From a virus (lineage: Duplodnaviria; Heunggongvirae; Uroviricota; Caudoviricetes), in IMG/VR virus record IMGVR_UViG_3300033463_000003: DNA of 64,000 bases; one strand, 5' to 3'. A program made the position numbers and the translations under genes. Under the pieces are notes generated by a model. That model was not told the DNA's origin. It saw only the letters and a list, made by a program, of their open reading frames with translations, and searched no databases. This document shows positions 10,223 through 20,853 of the stretch, in pieces; positions within the stretch are counted from its first letter, which is position 1, and each line of letters opens with the position of its first letter.

Positions 10223-12163
10223 ATGGCAAATACAAAACCAAAAAATACCAAAAGTAAAAGCCCATTAGTTGGAAATCAAGCAAAACCAACAGTATTAGAC
10301 TCTACAACAAAATTAGATATTGATACCAACAAAGTATTTATTGATAATATTATTGATGCTGGTATTAATGGCGGTTTGAATTTAGGAGCATTAGAAAACT
10401 TTACCTCTATTTCAAATAACAGAGACCAAATTTATACGTTGATTGACACTATGGCAGCCGACTCTTCTGTTTCAGCTATTGTTAGAACTTATGCTGAAGA
10501 AGTTTGTGAAACCAGTGATAATGGCCATGTTGTCTGGTGTGAATCTCAAGATCCAAAAGTTAGTAAGTTTATTAATTACTTATTAAATGTTATGAATGTT
10601 GATAAAAATATTTATAACTGGACCTATAACTTAATTAAATATGGTGATGTTTATCTAAGATTATACCGTGAATCTGACTATGAAGATAAGCTTTTCAAAA
10701 AAGATAATATTGGTAAAGCTGATATGGGTAGAAAATTACATGAAGGTGCTGAAGATGTAAATGAAAGTGTTACATTAAATATGCATACAGCAAATGACCC
10801 ATATTCATACTATGTTGAAATGGTTCCAGATCCAAGCACAATGTTTGAATTAACTAAATATGGTAAAACATATGGCTACATTGAAACACCAAATGCAGAC
10901 ATTCAACAAAATTATCTTCAAACAATGCAAACAGAAACTCAAAACTATTTAAGTTATAGAATGAAATCGTCTGATGTTAATGTTTATCAAGCTGATGATT
11001 TTGTACATGCTTGCTTAGAAGATAATGTTTCAAGATATCCAGAAACTGTAGAAATATTTACAAACCAAGATGATTACACTAATTCTAAAAATGCATTAAC
11101 ATATAAAGTTAGACGTGGTAAATCACTTCTTTATGACTCATATAAAATCTGGCGTGAAAAACAATTACTTGAAAATGCTGCACTATTAAATAGAATTACA
11201 AGATCAAGTATTGTTAGAAATATTCAAGTTGAAGTTGGAAACATGCCAAAAGAGCAAGTCCAACTAACATTAAGAAGAATTAAAGAATTATTTGAACAAA
11301 AATCAAGTGTCAATGTTGGAAATGGCATGACAGAATATACTAACCCAGGTGCCATTGAAAATAATATCTTTACTGCTACACACAATGGTCAAGGTGCTAT
11401 TACAGTAAATAGTGTCGGTGGTGATGTTGATGTTAAAAACCTTGCTGACTTAGACTGGTGGAATAATAAATTCTATTCATCTTATGGCATTCCAAAACAA
11501 TACTTTGGCTGGACAGATGATAGCACAGGTTTCAATGGTGGCTCTTCATTAACAATTTTATCAAGTGTATTTGCTAAAGGCGTTAAAAGAGTACAAAATG
11601 CTATTCTTCAAGCAATTACCGATAGTATTAATTTAATTTTAGTTAATAAAGGACTTAAAGCATACCTTAATAACTTTGTTCTTAAAATGCGTGCCCCATT
11701 AACTCAAGAAGAAGTTGACTATCGTTCAAATCTTACTGATAGAATTAATGCAATTAGTAACTTACAAAGCTTATTCACTGATGTTGAAGATAAAGTTAGA
11801 AGATTAGAAATCTTAAAATCTTTAGTTGCTACATTAAACTATGGTGATGATATTATTGAAGAAATAGAAAAAGAAATTGAAGCTGCAAAGCAAGCTAAGA
11901 AAGAAAAAGCTGAAAAAGAGGCAGAAGAAGCTAAAGCTGCTGAAGCTGAAGCTGCTAGCGGTGAAGCAACAGAAACAACTGAAGAAGCACCTGCTGAAGA
12001 AAGCGATGAAGAGCTTGACTTAGGCATGGCTGAAATTGCTACAGAAGGCATTAAAGAAAAAACAGGTGAAATCTTATTAGAAGATACAATTGTTGAAAGT
12101 GATGATGACCTTCCAACTCCAGAAGAAGTTAATGAAAAAATTGACTTTTCTAAAAATAAATAG
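10223..12163 (+). CDS. Portal protein (T4 gp20-like)
   Basis: Motifs W..NLIKYGDVYL, GKSLL...KIWREKQLLE.A.LL.RITRS, VEVGNMPK, DLDWWNNKFYSSYGIPK. Sits between terL and the protease. Confidence 0.9.
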   Translation: MANTKPKNTKSKSPLVGNQAKPTVLDSTTKLDIDTNKVFIDNIIDAGINGGLNLGALENFTSISNNRDQIYTLIDTMAADSSVSAIVRTYAEEVCETSDNGHVVWCESQDPKVSKFINYLLNVMNVDKNIYNWTYNLIKYGDVYLRLYRESDYEDKLFKKDNIGKADMGRKLHEGAEDVNESVTLNMHTANDPYSYYVEMVPDPSTMFELTKYGKTYGYIETPNADIQQNYLQTMQTETQNYLSYRMKSSDVNVYQADDFVHACLEDNVSRYPETVEIFTNQDDYTNSKNALTYKVRRGKSLLYDSYKIWREKQLLENAALLNRITRSSIVRNIQVEVGNMPKEQVQLTLRRIKELFEQKSSVNVGNGMTEYTNPGAIENNIFTATHNGQGAITVNSVGGDVDVKNLADLDWWNNKFYSSYGIPKQYFGWTDDSTGFNGGSSLTILSSVFAKGVKRVQNAILQAITDSINLILVNKGLKAYLNNFVLKMRAPLTQEEVDYRSNLTDRINAISNLQSLFTDVEDKVRRLEILKSLVATLNYGDDIIEEIEKEIEAAKQAKKEKAEKEAEEAKAAEAEAASGEATETTEEAPAEESDEELDLGMAEIATEGIKEKTGEILLEDTIVESDDDLPTPEEVNEKIDFSKNK

Positions 12164-12190
12164 TAGATAATTTGAAAGGAAATACTAATT

Positions 12191-12661
12191 ATGATTACAA
12201 AAAATGATTGTTTATCAATTTTAGTTAAATTAGAAGATCAAGGTGTTAATATTGATTTGCCTATGCGTAAATTAGTTGTTAGCAAAGAAGTACCAATTGA
12301 AGTTTTAAAATTTATTTCAGAACATCGTGGTATTGAAGTAAGTAATTTCTATGAAATGCTTAGAAAAAGGCATAATCAAAAGAAATCACCATTATATACT
12401 AATATTTTAAAAGAAATTTCAGATATGGATGACGTTATTACTACATTATCTTGCTTCTTAACTCAAATTATTCTATATAGTTCAAAACTTCAAGCACGTG
12501 ATAGCTTCATTAAAGAGGTTAGAGCTGAAGAAGTTACAAGAGTTTTAAATACTTATTTTAAAACTGGTGATGGCTCTGCCTGTATTGCACTTTTAAAACT
12601 AATTAAATCTGATTTATTGGTTTTAGAATATATAAGTGGTAGACGTGAACTAGCTGCTTAA
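12191..12661 (+). CDS. Hypothetical protein in the head module
   Basis: Clean ORF with AAGGA RBS, followed by a terminator. Confidence 0.75.
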   Translation: MITKNDCLSILVKLEDQGVNIDLPMRKLVVSKEVPIEVLKFISEHRGIEVSNFYEMLRKRHNQKKSPLYTNILKEISDMDDVITTLSCFLTQIILYSSKLQARDSFIKEVRAEEVTRVLNTYFKTGDGSACIALLKLIKSDLLVLEYISGRRELAA

Positions 12662-12684
12662 TATATAAAAACATTTAGAACATT

Positions 12685-12717
12685 AAAAGCCCAAAGTTAA
12701 TTGGGCTTTTTATTTTT
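12685..12717 (+). terminator. Rho-independent terminator
   Basis: aaaagcccaa-N6-ttgggctttt plus T tract. Confidence 0.8.
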
Positions 12718-12737
12718 ATACTACTTTTATTTTTATA

Positions 12738-12747
12738 TGCTAAATTA
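12738..12747 (+). promoter_or_regulatory. Putative late promoter TGCTAAATTA
   Basis: Motif copy upstream of the protease-capsid operon. Confidence 0.7.
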
Positions 12748-12834
12748 ATTGGTTTTTTGCAGTATATTGATTACTTGCAAATACTATTTATAAGCATTTT
12801 TAATAAATTATTAAATTATTAACGATGTTTATTC

Positions 12835-12843
12835 GCTAAATTA
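12835..12843 (+). promoter_or_regulatory. Putative late promoter GCTAAATTA (second, tandem copy)
   Basis: Second copy in the same intergenic region. Confidence 0.6.
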
Positions 12844-12950
12844 AAATGATTGGAGCATTCCTCTAATCTAATTTATGATAACTTGCCTGGTAATGGTCGA
12901 CCTGCTAGTTATCAGGTAAGTTTGTAAATTTGGAGATTGGAAAGATACGC

Positions 12951-14879
12951 ATGATGAAAAACAAAAAAGTTATTAAAGAAATGCTTAACTTTCAAGACTT
13001 AACTGAAGAAGAAAAAAAGTCTAGAGGTATATTGGGACGTTTATACGGACCATGTGCTTCTATCATCGCCCCGACAAGAAACGGACGTAAGTATTCTGAT
13101 GAAGTCTGGGAAAAAGTATTTAATGAAAATGAAATTGTAAAGGAAATGTTTGCAAATGGTGGAATTCCTATGGAACTTGACCATCCAGCAGACAGGGAAG
13201 AAACTTGTAGTGAAAAAATTGCTGCTATGCTTCCTGAGCCACCAAAGAAAGATAATGATGGCCACTTAATTTGTTATGTTGACCTCATTGATACTCCTTG
13301 TGGTAGAATTGCTTATCAATTAGCAAAGTACGGTTTCAAGCTCGGAATTAGTTCTAGAGGCACTGGTGATTTATATACTGATGCTGATGGAAATGAATCC
13401 GTTGACCCAGATACCTATGACTTTACAACATTTGACCTTGTTCTTCTACCAGCAGTTAAAGATGCTAGATTAACAATGACTGAATCATATAAGCCTTCTA
13501 ATGAAGCTGGATTCAAAAAAGCCCTTGTTGAATCTCTTGAAGTTGCATCTGATGCTGATAAAAGAGTTATGGAAGAAACTTTAAAGGACTTAAATATCAG
13601 TTTAACTGAAGAAGTCTGCGTTGAAGATGTTCCATATGAAGATCCAGAAGAACCTATTACTGATTTATTAATTGAAGAAACCAGTGAAGAGACTCCTGTG
13701 ATTGAAGAAACCGAATCTACTGAGGAGGCCAATGAACCTTCTGAGGAAACTAGCACTGAAGCTCCTGTTGAAGAAGTGTCAGAAGAACCATCTGAAGAAG
13801 AAAACATTGAGCCTGAAGTAGAAGCTGGTGAAGAAGCAGTTGTAGAAGCTCCAAAAGCAGAAACAATTGGCGACTTAGTTAAAGAATTAACTGAATATAA
13901 TGACGATTTAAGTGTAGAATTTAAACCATTAGTCATTGAAGATAAAGAATACGAAATTGCTGGATTAGAGTTTGATAATTCTGAAGAAGGTAAAGTCGTA
14001 ATTACAATTGGTTATAACTCTGAAAAGGGTGATAATATAGATAGTAGCGAAGAAAAGGTTGAAGGTGAAGAACCTGCAGAACCTGCTACAATTGCTGATG
14101 ATGAAACTTCCACAAGTGAAGAAGTTGCCTCTGAAGAAGCTGTCGATGACGGGAACGAAGAAGTAATTGAAAGCCTTAAAGAAATGATTCGTCAGAAGAA
14201 TTTACTTGAGCAAACAGTTAGTGATCTTAAAGCTGCTAAAACAGTTGGCGATGCCGAGGTCGAACATCTGAAAGAGGAACTTAACAAATACAAAACATCA
14301 TTTGCAAGAGTAAGCGAGTTGGCCGCAGATTCTAAACGCTTTGAAAAAGAAGTTCAATCCTTAACTGAACAATTATCTAAGAAAGATTCCGAAATAGCGG
14401 AATTAAAACAAGCACATAAAGTTAGCTTGACAGAAAGTGCAAAAGCTAAAGCAGATGAAGTTAAAGTGCTTACTGAAAAACTTGCCACTAAGGCACAAGA
14501 AGTTGAAGATGTTAAAGTACAAGCAACTGAAAATGCTACCGCACTCAGAAAAACTATTAATGAACGCACAGAAATTGCTAAGAAATATAAAGCAAAATAT
14601 GAAAGCGTTGTTAGACGTTATATTGAGTCAAAAGCTTCTATGCTCGGTGTCAGACCAACTGAAATTACCAGCAGATTAAATGAACATTATTCTTTAGATG
14701 ATGTTGATAAAGTCTGTGAAGAATTATTAGATATTAATTTCAATACATTACCATTTAATACTGGTCGTGGTGCGAAAGTAAATATCAAAGAGTCTAATGA
14801 ACGTAAGGTTCAAGCCTCTGATCCTGATAATGGTTATGAAATCGATGATGATTTATTAATCTTAGCTGGATTGAAATAA
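12951..14879 (+). CDS. Prohead protease (T4 gp21-like) fused to an acidic/coiled-coil scaffold region
   Basis: NGRKYS, ELDHP, LGISSRGTG and FDLVLLPAV motifs in the N-terminal 190 aa, then a long acidic and coiled-coil C-terminus. Directly precedes the capsid gene. Start at 12951 or 12954 is uncertain. Confidence 0.88.
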   Translation: MMKNKKVIKEMLNFQDLTEEEKKSRGILGRLYGPCASIIAPTRNGRKYSDEVWEKVFNENEIVKEMFANGGIPMELDHPADREETCSEKIAAMLPEPPKKDNDGHLICYVDLIDTPCGRIAYQLAKYGFKLGISSRGTGDLYTDADGNESVDPDTYDFTTFDLVLLPAVKDARLTMTESYKPSNEAGFKKALVESLEVASDADKRVMEETLKDLNISLTEEVCVEDVPYEDPEEPITDLLIEETSEETPVIEETESTEEANEPSEETSTEAPVEEVSEEPSEEENIEPEVEAGEEAVVEAPKAETIGDLVKELTEYNDDLSVEFKPLVIEDKEYEIAGLEFDNSEEGKVVITIGYNSEKGDNIDSSEEKVEGEEPAEPATIADDETSTSEEVASEEAVDDGNEEVIESLKEMIRQKNLLEQTVSDLKAAKTVGDAEVEHLKEELNKYKTSFARVSELAADSKRFEKEVQSLTEQLSKKDSEIAELKQAHKVSLTESAKAKADEVKVLTEKLATKAQEVEDVKVQATENATALRKTINERTEIAKKYKAKYESVVRRYIESKASMLGVRPTEITSRLNEHYSLDDVDKVCEELLDINFNTLPFNTGRGAKVNIKESNERKVQASDPDNGYEIDDDLLILAGLK

Positions 14880-14899
14880 AAATTTAATTTATAAAGGAA

Positions 14900-16273
14900 A
14901 TGATTATGAGACAAAATTTACTTGAAACTTATTCTCGTCAATTAAAAGTCGCAGAAGCTTATGTCGCAAAGAATTTCGATAAAACAGTCTCTGCTAATAC
15001 AAAATTGACAACTGCTGTCTTATTAGACAACACAAACAGATGGATGACAGAAGCTTTCAGTACAACCGCAACTGCTAGAGCAGATATGGGCGATTGGAAG
15101 AAATTCTGCTTAAACCTCACAAACATCGCTGTTCCATCATTAATCGCTAATGATTTAGTCATCGTTCACCCAATGACTTCTTACAGCGGATCTGTTGCAT
15201 ACTTAAAGTATGTCAGCAAAACTGATAAGGGTGGAGTCGTTAAAGGACAAGAATTCAACTCTGTTTTCGGTCTTGGTGAAATGAGCCCAGCTCGTGAAAA
15301 ATTCACAAGCCAAGTCATCGTTGAAGAAGTCGGTTCTAACGGCGAATTACTTTTACACCCAGTTAAGAACGGTCGCTTCGTTAACCCAGAAGATGAATCA
15401 AAACATGACGCTAAAGTCAAACGTGATGGTAAAGATGTTTACCTTGATGTCATCGGTGAAGGCGAAGAAGCTCACCTTGATGTTGCAGCTGGTGAAAAAG
15501 TTGCTTACATTGCTGCTGAATTCCAAATGGAACAAGTTCCAGCAATCGACATCCCAACAATTGGTCCAAAACTCGAACACATCGCTTTAGTTGCAGAACC
15601 AAGACGTATTGCTGTCCGTTATGACCAAATCACTGCTTTCCAAGCAAAAACTGACTACGGCTTCTCACTCGATAAACAAATCGCTGAACAAGCTTGTGGT
15701 GAATTAGCATACGAAATCGATACAGAAATCGTTGCAATGTTAGCTGAAGGTGCTGGTAAAGCTCTTCCAGAATTAACATGGTCCAAAGTTCTTCCTGTTG
15801 GCGTTAGCAAATTCGAACACTACAATGGCTTCTTAGAAGTTATTGAAAAAGCTCGTGCTATCATCTACAAGAGAACACAAAAATTCCATCCTAACTATAT
15901 GGTCATCTCTTCTGACGTTCTTCCAGTTTTAAGATTCGTTAATGGATTTACAGCTGTCAAGAATGCTAAGATGAATGGTCCTTATAAAGTTGGTGAATTA
16001 GATGGTTTATCAATCTATGTTTCCCCAATCCTTAAAGATGGCGAATTCTTCTTTGGATTAAACGGCTCTGACATGATGTCATCTGCTGGTGTCTATGCTC
16101 CATATATGGCTATCGTTCCAACACAATTACTTGGAACACCAGATGGTGGTTTAGCACAAGGCTTCTCAACTTGGTATGCCAAAGCCTTACTCAACACTAA
16201 TTTATTAGTTGCTGGTAAGATCATTGGTGGCGAACCATTCGAAGGCACCACTTACGGTGTCATCAATGGCTAA
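14900..16273 (+). CDS. Major capsid protein (T4 gp23-like)
   Basis: Motifs LIANDLVIVHPMT, ELAYEIDTEI, YAPY..I. Highly biased codons, strong terminator, probable maturation site WMTE/A. Confidence 0.93.
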   Translation: MIMRQNLLETYSRQLKVAEAYVAKNFDKTVSANTKLTTAVLLDNTNRWMTEAFSTTATARADMGDWKKFCLNLTNIAVPSLIANDLVIVHPMTSYSGSVAYLKYVSKTDKGGVVKGQEFNSVFGLGEMSPAREKFTSQVIVEEVGSNGELLLHPVKNGRFVNPEDESKHDAKVKRDGKDVYLDVIGEGEEAHLDVAAGEKVAYIAAEFQMEQVPAIDIPTIGPKLEHIALVAEPRRIAVRYDQITAFQAKTDYGFSLDKQIAEQACGELAYEIDTEIVAMLAEGAGKALPELTWSKVLPVGVSKFEHYNGFLEVIEKARAIIYKRTQKFHPNYMVISSDVLPVLRFVNGFTAVKNAKMNGPYKVGELDGLSIYVSPILKDGEFFFGLNGSDMMSSAGVYAPYMAIVPTQLLGTPDGGLAQGFSTWYAKALLNTNLLVAGKIIGGEPFEGTTYGVING

Positions 16274-16307
16274 TTAAACGCCAAGTCGATAAAGCAATAA
16301 AAAAATT

Positions 16308-16334
16308 AGAGGTTCCTTCGGGAGCCTCTTTTTT
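16308..16334 (+). terminator. Rho-independent terminator with UUCG tetraloop
   Basis: agaggttcc-ttcg-ggagcctct-ttttt. Confidence 0.9.
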
Positions 16335-16355
16335 ATATTAAATCTTAGCTGAATT

Positions 16356-16365
16356 TGCTAAATTA
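16356..16365 (+). promoter_or_regulatory. Putative late promoter TGCTAAATTA
   Basis: Lies between the capsid terminator and the glycan-enzyme gene. Confidence 0.7.
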
Positions 16366-16394
16366 TACAAAGAGTAAAGGAAAATTATTTTAAT

Positions 16395-19223
16395 ATGACT
16401 ACTTATGCAGCATATAATTTAAATGAAGATATTAGAAAAAAGAGTTCCTCAGGGGGAGTTTTTTACGAATTAGCTAAATATACTATTGAACATGACGGCT
16501 ATGTTTTTGGAGCAGCTTGAAATAAAGATTGATTTGTTGATATATGTTATATTAAGAAGCTAGAAGACTTACCAAAATTAATGGGGTCTAAATATGTAAA
16601 AGCTGATAATAAAAATACTTTTAAAGAATGTAAAGAATTTTTAGATTCTGGAAAACAAGTTTTATATTCTGGTACTCCTTGTCAAATATATGCATTAAAA
16701 TTTTTCCTTAAAAAAGATTATGATAATTTATTAACTGTTAGTGTTGCTTGTTTTGGGACTACTCCGCTTGTTGTTTGAAAAGACTACTTAGAAACAATTA
16801 AAAGACCAGATGCTGAAATAACAGAAATAAACTTAAGAGATAAATCTGATACTAATTGAAATAATTATAAATATACTATTAAATATTCTGATGGAAAAAT
16901 AATCTCAGAAAACCATTTAAATAATAAATATTCAAAAGCATATATAAGTGCTGGTTATTTTAATAAACCATGTTATAATTGTATAGCCAAAAAAGAGTTA
17001 AAATCTGATATTTCTATTGGTGATTTTTGAGGAGTTCAAGAAGCTTTGCCAAAAATTGATGCAAAGCTTGGAGTTAGTTTTATTATCTGTAACTCAAACA
17101 AAGGTGAAAAGATTATTAAAGCTCTTAATAATCTAAAGCTTGAAGAAATTAAAGATATAAATAAAGTTAAAAAATTTAACCGTGGAATTCAAGAGACTCC
17201 AGGAACTAAAGAGACTACTTATAATAAAAATATTTTTAGGAAAAAAGTAGCAATAGTTACAATGAATTTACATTTTAATATTGGAACAGCTTTACAAGCT
17301 TATGCCTTACAAAAAGTTATTTTAGATAATGGTTATGATTGTGATGTAATTACATGAGCTCGTAAAGATAGACTTCATTTTTGTGATACCTATATTAAAA
17401 TGAGAATTTTACCTACTGCACAAGATTATGATAAAATAAAAGAATCTGACTATGATATATTTGTAGTTGGTAGTGACCAAATTTGGAGAAAAAACACTAG
17501 TTTAAAAGACTATAAAGAAAACTATATTAATTACCCATTTTTAGGATTTACTGCCAACTGAAGCAAAGTTAGATTTTCATATGCAGCTTCATTTGGAACT
17601 TCTTGACAATATGATAAAGCAGAAGACGAAAAAATAACAAATATTTTAAAGCAATTTAATGCACTATCTACCAGAGAATTAAGCTCAATTATAGACTGCG
17701 AAGATAAGCTTGGCCTAAATTTTGAGCAACATATTGACCCAACTATGTTGCTAAACAAAGAAGACTACCTAAAGCTTTGTTCAAATATTACTGCAAATCA
17801 TAATAAAAATATTTTTAAATATATTTTACATGAGACAACAGATAAAACTAATTTTATTAATGAAAAAGCAAAAAAATTAGGATTACCAATAACTACACAT
17901 AATAAACTATATGTGGTAGACTGGCTTGCTAAGATGCGTGATACTAGTTTAGTAATTACAGATTCTTTCCATGGTGTGATTTTTTCTATTATTTTTAATA
18001 AACCATTTATTTACTGAAATACTAGAGACAGTGGTAAAGCTCGTTTTGAAACTATTGAAAAATTATTTAATATCCAGAATAGACAAATTAAAGATAATTT
18101 TACTATTACTGATGAATTGCTTAAACCGGCTAATATTAATTTAAATAATAACAGACAAAAAAGTTTGGATTATATATTAAAAAATTTGGCCGCTGTACCA
18201 CAACAATTAACTATTAACCTTTCACAAAATAAATTAAACTGGCAAAAAAATAATAAACAAGCCTGAATGTTATTTTTAAGCTCAGATAACTATATTTATT
18301 ATGTATTAAATGTTTATAAAAATTTATTAGATCACAATACTAAATATGCAGTATGCTGTGGTTATACAGAAGATGTTAGTCAAACAACTGTTAATATATT
18401 AAATAAATGTGGGATTATTACCTTTAAACTTGATACTAAAGCTATTTTGCATGAAAATATTAAACTTAGGGGCATATCTAATTGAATTAAAGCTTTTACA
18501 AAACTTGGCTTATTGAAGAACCAGCTTAATTTAGATAAAATGATCTATCTAGATTCTGACTTAGGAATTTATGATAATATTGATGAATTATTTAATAAGC
18601 CACATATGAGTGCAGTGCTAGATGGTGCGCCACTTCCAAATAGAAAACCTGGACCATATCAAATTGGAGATTCTATTTTTTGTTCTGGTCTGTTTGTTTG
18701 AGATTTTAAGAATAATAATAATGATGCTAATAAATTATTACAATTATTACCAAAGCTTCCAAAAGATGTAGAATGACATGACCAAAATGTTTTAAACTAC
18801 TACTATAAAGACTGACAAAATCAAAAAAATTTACATTTAGATTATACATATGGTCTTATGACTACTATTCCTAAATTTAAATTTGTTAACCCAGTTAGAG
18901 GTAAAAACTGACCTAAAGTTATACACTATATAGCTGGCCAAGGTGAGAAAACAAAAATACCATTTATAAATCAAAAATTTAATCTTCAAAGTTGATGTGA
19001 TATGCTATTAATAGATGATTACTATACTGAAATAAATAATAGCATTATTGCATTAAAACAATTATATGATTTTGATTTGCCTCTTATTAGTACTCAAAAT
19101 ATTGTACATAAAAAAGCAGATAAAATTGCAGCCAAAGAAGAAACTATAAAGTGAGCAGAAATAGAACAAAAGAAAAAAGATATACGTGCAGATGGCAGAC
19201 CAAATACTTACCTATATTTTTAA
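16395..19223 (+). CDS. 942-aa triple fusion: FrhB/FdhB-C-like (F420 hydrogenase beta) domain, polysaccharide pyruvyl transferase-like domain, GT8 glycosyltransferase
   Basis: One frame with 17 TGA and no TAA/TAG until 19221. Domain 1: SSSGGVF, GSKYV, GTPCQI, SDISIGDF[W]G. Domain 2: NIGTALQAYAL, VGSDQIW, SYAASFG, DPTMLL, TDSFHG. Domain 3: FTKL, IYLDSD, [W]HDQNVLN, VIHY. Confidence 0.88.
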
Positions 19224-19232
19224 GGAGATTAT

Positions 19233-20021
19233 ATGATAAAAAAATACTTCGGAATTATTTCTTGGTTCCCAGATGATGAACCGCATAGGGGCCAAAGACT
19301 CAGTAGACTAAATCAAACATTTAAACATTTAACTGATTTATTTGGAACAGAAATAGAATTTTTAATTATTGCTCAAAACTGGAAAGATTATAAGGTTCCT
19401 GAATTTGTTAAGCACACTATAATTCATAAATTTGATAAGCTTGGTATTCTTGGAGCCAGAAAAATGCTACGTGAAAAATTCTTAGAAAGTGACTATGATT
19501 ATCTAATTATGTGTGATGATGATATTGTATTAAAACCAGAGATTGAAAATGCACCACAAAAATATATGGAAGAATTAGACAAATATCCACAAGGTTTTTC
19601 ATTTGTTAGATATGGCTGGTCGCTAACTTTTTGTGCAATTTCTAAATATATTTATGAAAAAGAGCCTATGGTTGATGTAGACCCAGAAAAGAATGAAGGA
19701 TATGAAGATATGGTATTTCCTTTACTTCTTCATTATAAATACCCACAAAATGAATTCAAAACAAGTAATTTATTTAGTTTCCACCAACATGAGGCAAAAT
19801 TCAAAAAAGATCACAAGTCTACATGGATGGTAAGAGGTATTGATTATAATGAAATACAAATAAATACTGATACCTATACTAAAAATTTTAAAGAGGGTAA
19901 TTTTAATATCGAAAAAATCAAAGAGGATATTAATAAATACTGGGCAGAAAGAAAAGCACAAAACAGTTATAACCCAAAACATGTTGCTGATGGACAAGAT
20001 AATTGTTTCTTATATTTCTAA
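19233..20021 (+). CDS. GT-A fold glycosyltransferase-like protein
   Basis: AAGGAG RBS. Motifs LGILGAR..L, YDYLIMCDDD (DxD) and GYED. Confidence 0.7.
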   Translation: MIKKYFGIISWFPDDEPHRGQRLSRLNQTFKHLTDLFGTEIEFLIIAQNWKDYKVPEFVKHTIIHKFDKLGILGARKMLREKFLESDYDYLIMCDDDIVLKPEIENAPQKYMEELDKYPQGFSFVRYGWSLTFCAISKYIYEKEPMVDVDPEKNEGYEDMVFPLLLHYKYPQNEFKTSNLFSFHQHEAKFKKDHKSTWMVRGIDYNEIQINTDTYTKNFKEGNFNIEKIKEDINKYWAERKAQNSYNPKHVADGQDNCFLYF

Positions 20022-20061
20022 CCTAAATATGCTATAATACATAGTATTATTTACTTTTATT

Positions 20062-20071
20062 TGCTAAATTA
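20062..20071 (+). promoter_or_regulatory. Putative late promoter TGCTAAATTA
   Basis: Motif copy upstream of the neck gene. Confidence 0.7.
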
Positions 20072-20108
20072 ATTGATATGAACGCCAATAGGAGGAGTTT
20101 TATAGAAG

Positions 20109-20834
20109 ATGACTAAAAAAGATGTTGCCGATGAAATAAAACTTGAACTTACTGGCCAAATCTTAGAACTTGAAATCGATGACTCAACAATTGACCTTAT
20201 AATTAGTAAGGGATTACGTGAGCTTCAAAGATTCTGGGATGAGTCATCAATGATAAGCGTTCCATATGCTTCTTGTATTGATTACTCAGGAACACCATTA
20301 GAAGATTCAAGCTCAATTGTTAAGGTATATAGAACGCAAGGCTTAGGTGTTGCAGGTGGTACAACTGATATATCTGTAAACTCTGACCCACTATATATGC
20401 AACAATGAATGATCTTCAGTAATGGTGGAACAATGTATAATTTAAATGATTATGTAATGAATTATGCAGCTTGGAGTACCTTATCCCAAATCAAAAATAC
20501 AATTTCTACAGATATGGCATTCAGAGAGGACAAGCACAATCACAAGCTCTATATTAATTGTGCTATGGGAGCTCCTAGCGGAATTACAATAGAGTATATA
20601 CCAAAATTACAAAAAGTTGAAGATATTAAAAGTGATTATTGAATTGATATACTAATTAAATTATGCTTAGCGTTAACAAAAATAACACTTGGCAGAATTA
20701 GAACCAGATTTACCCAATCAAATACACTTTGGGCACAAGATGGTGAAACAATGCTAAGTGAAGGAACCACTGAGCTTAAAGAATTACGTGATATGCTCAC
20801 ATCGAATTCTAATTTAATTTATCCAATTGATTAA
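20109..20834 (+). CDS. Neck/head-completion protein (T4 gp13-like)
   Basis: AGGAGG RBS. TGA at 20406 and 20640. C-terminus [W]I....LALTKITLGRIR..F......DGETMLSEG..E resembles gp13-type neck proteins. Confidence 0.7.
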
Positions 20835-20853
20835 TAAGGAGAGTTGAATACCT

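Noticed and set aside
16395-19223. TGA = Gly (code 25) or selenocysteine
   Set aside because: TGA falls at Trp-typical motif positions (GDFWG, LamG WYH and SFWI, ATPW) and is far too frequent for Sec.
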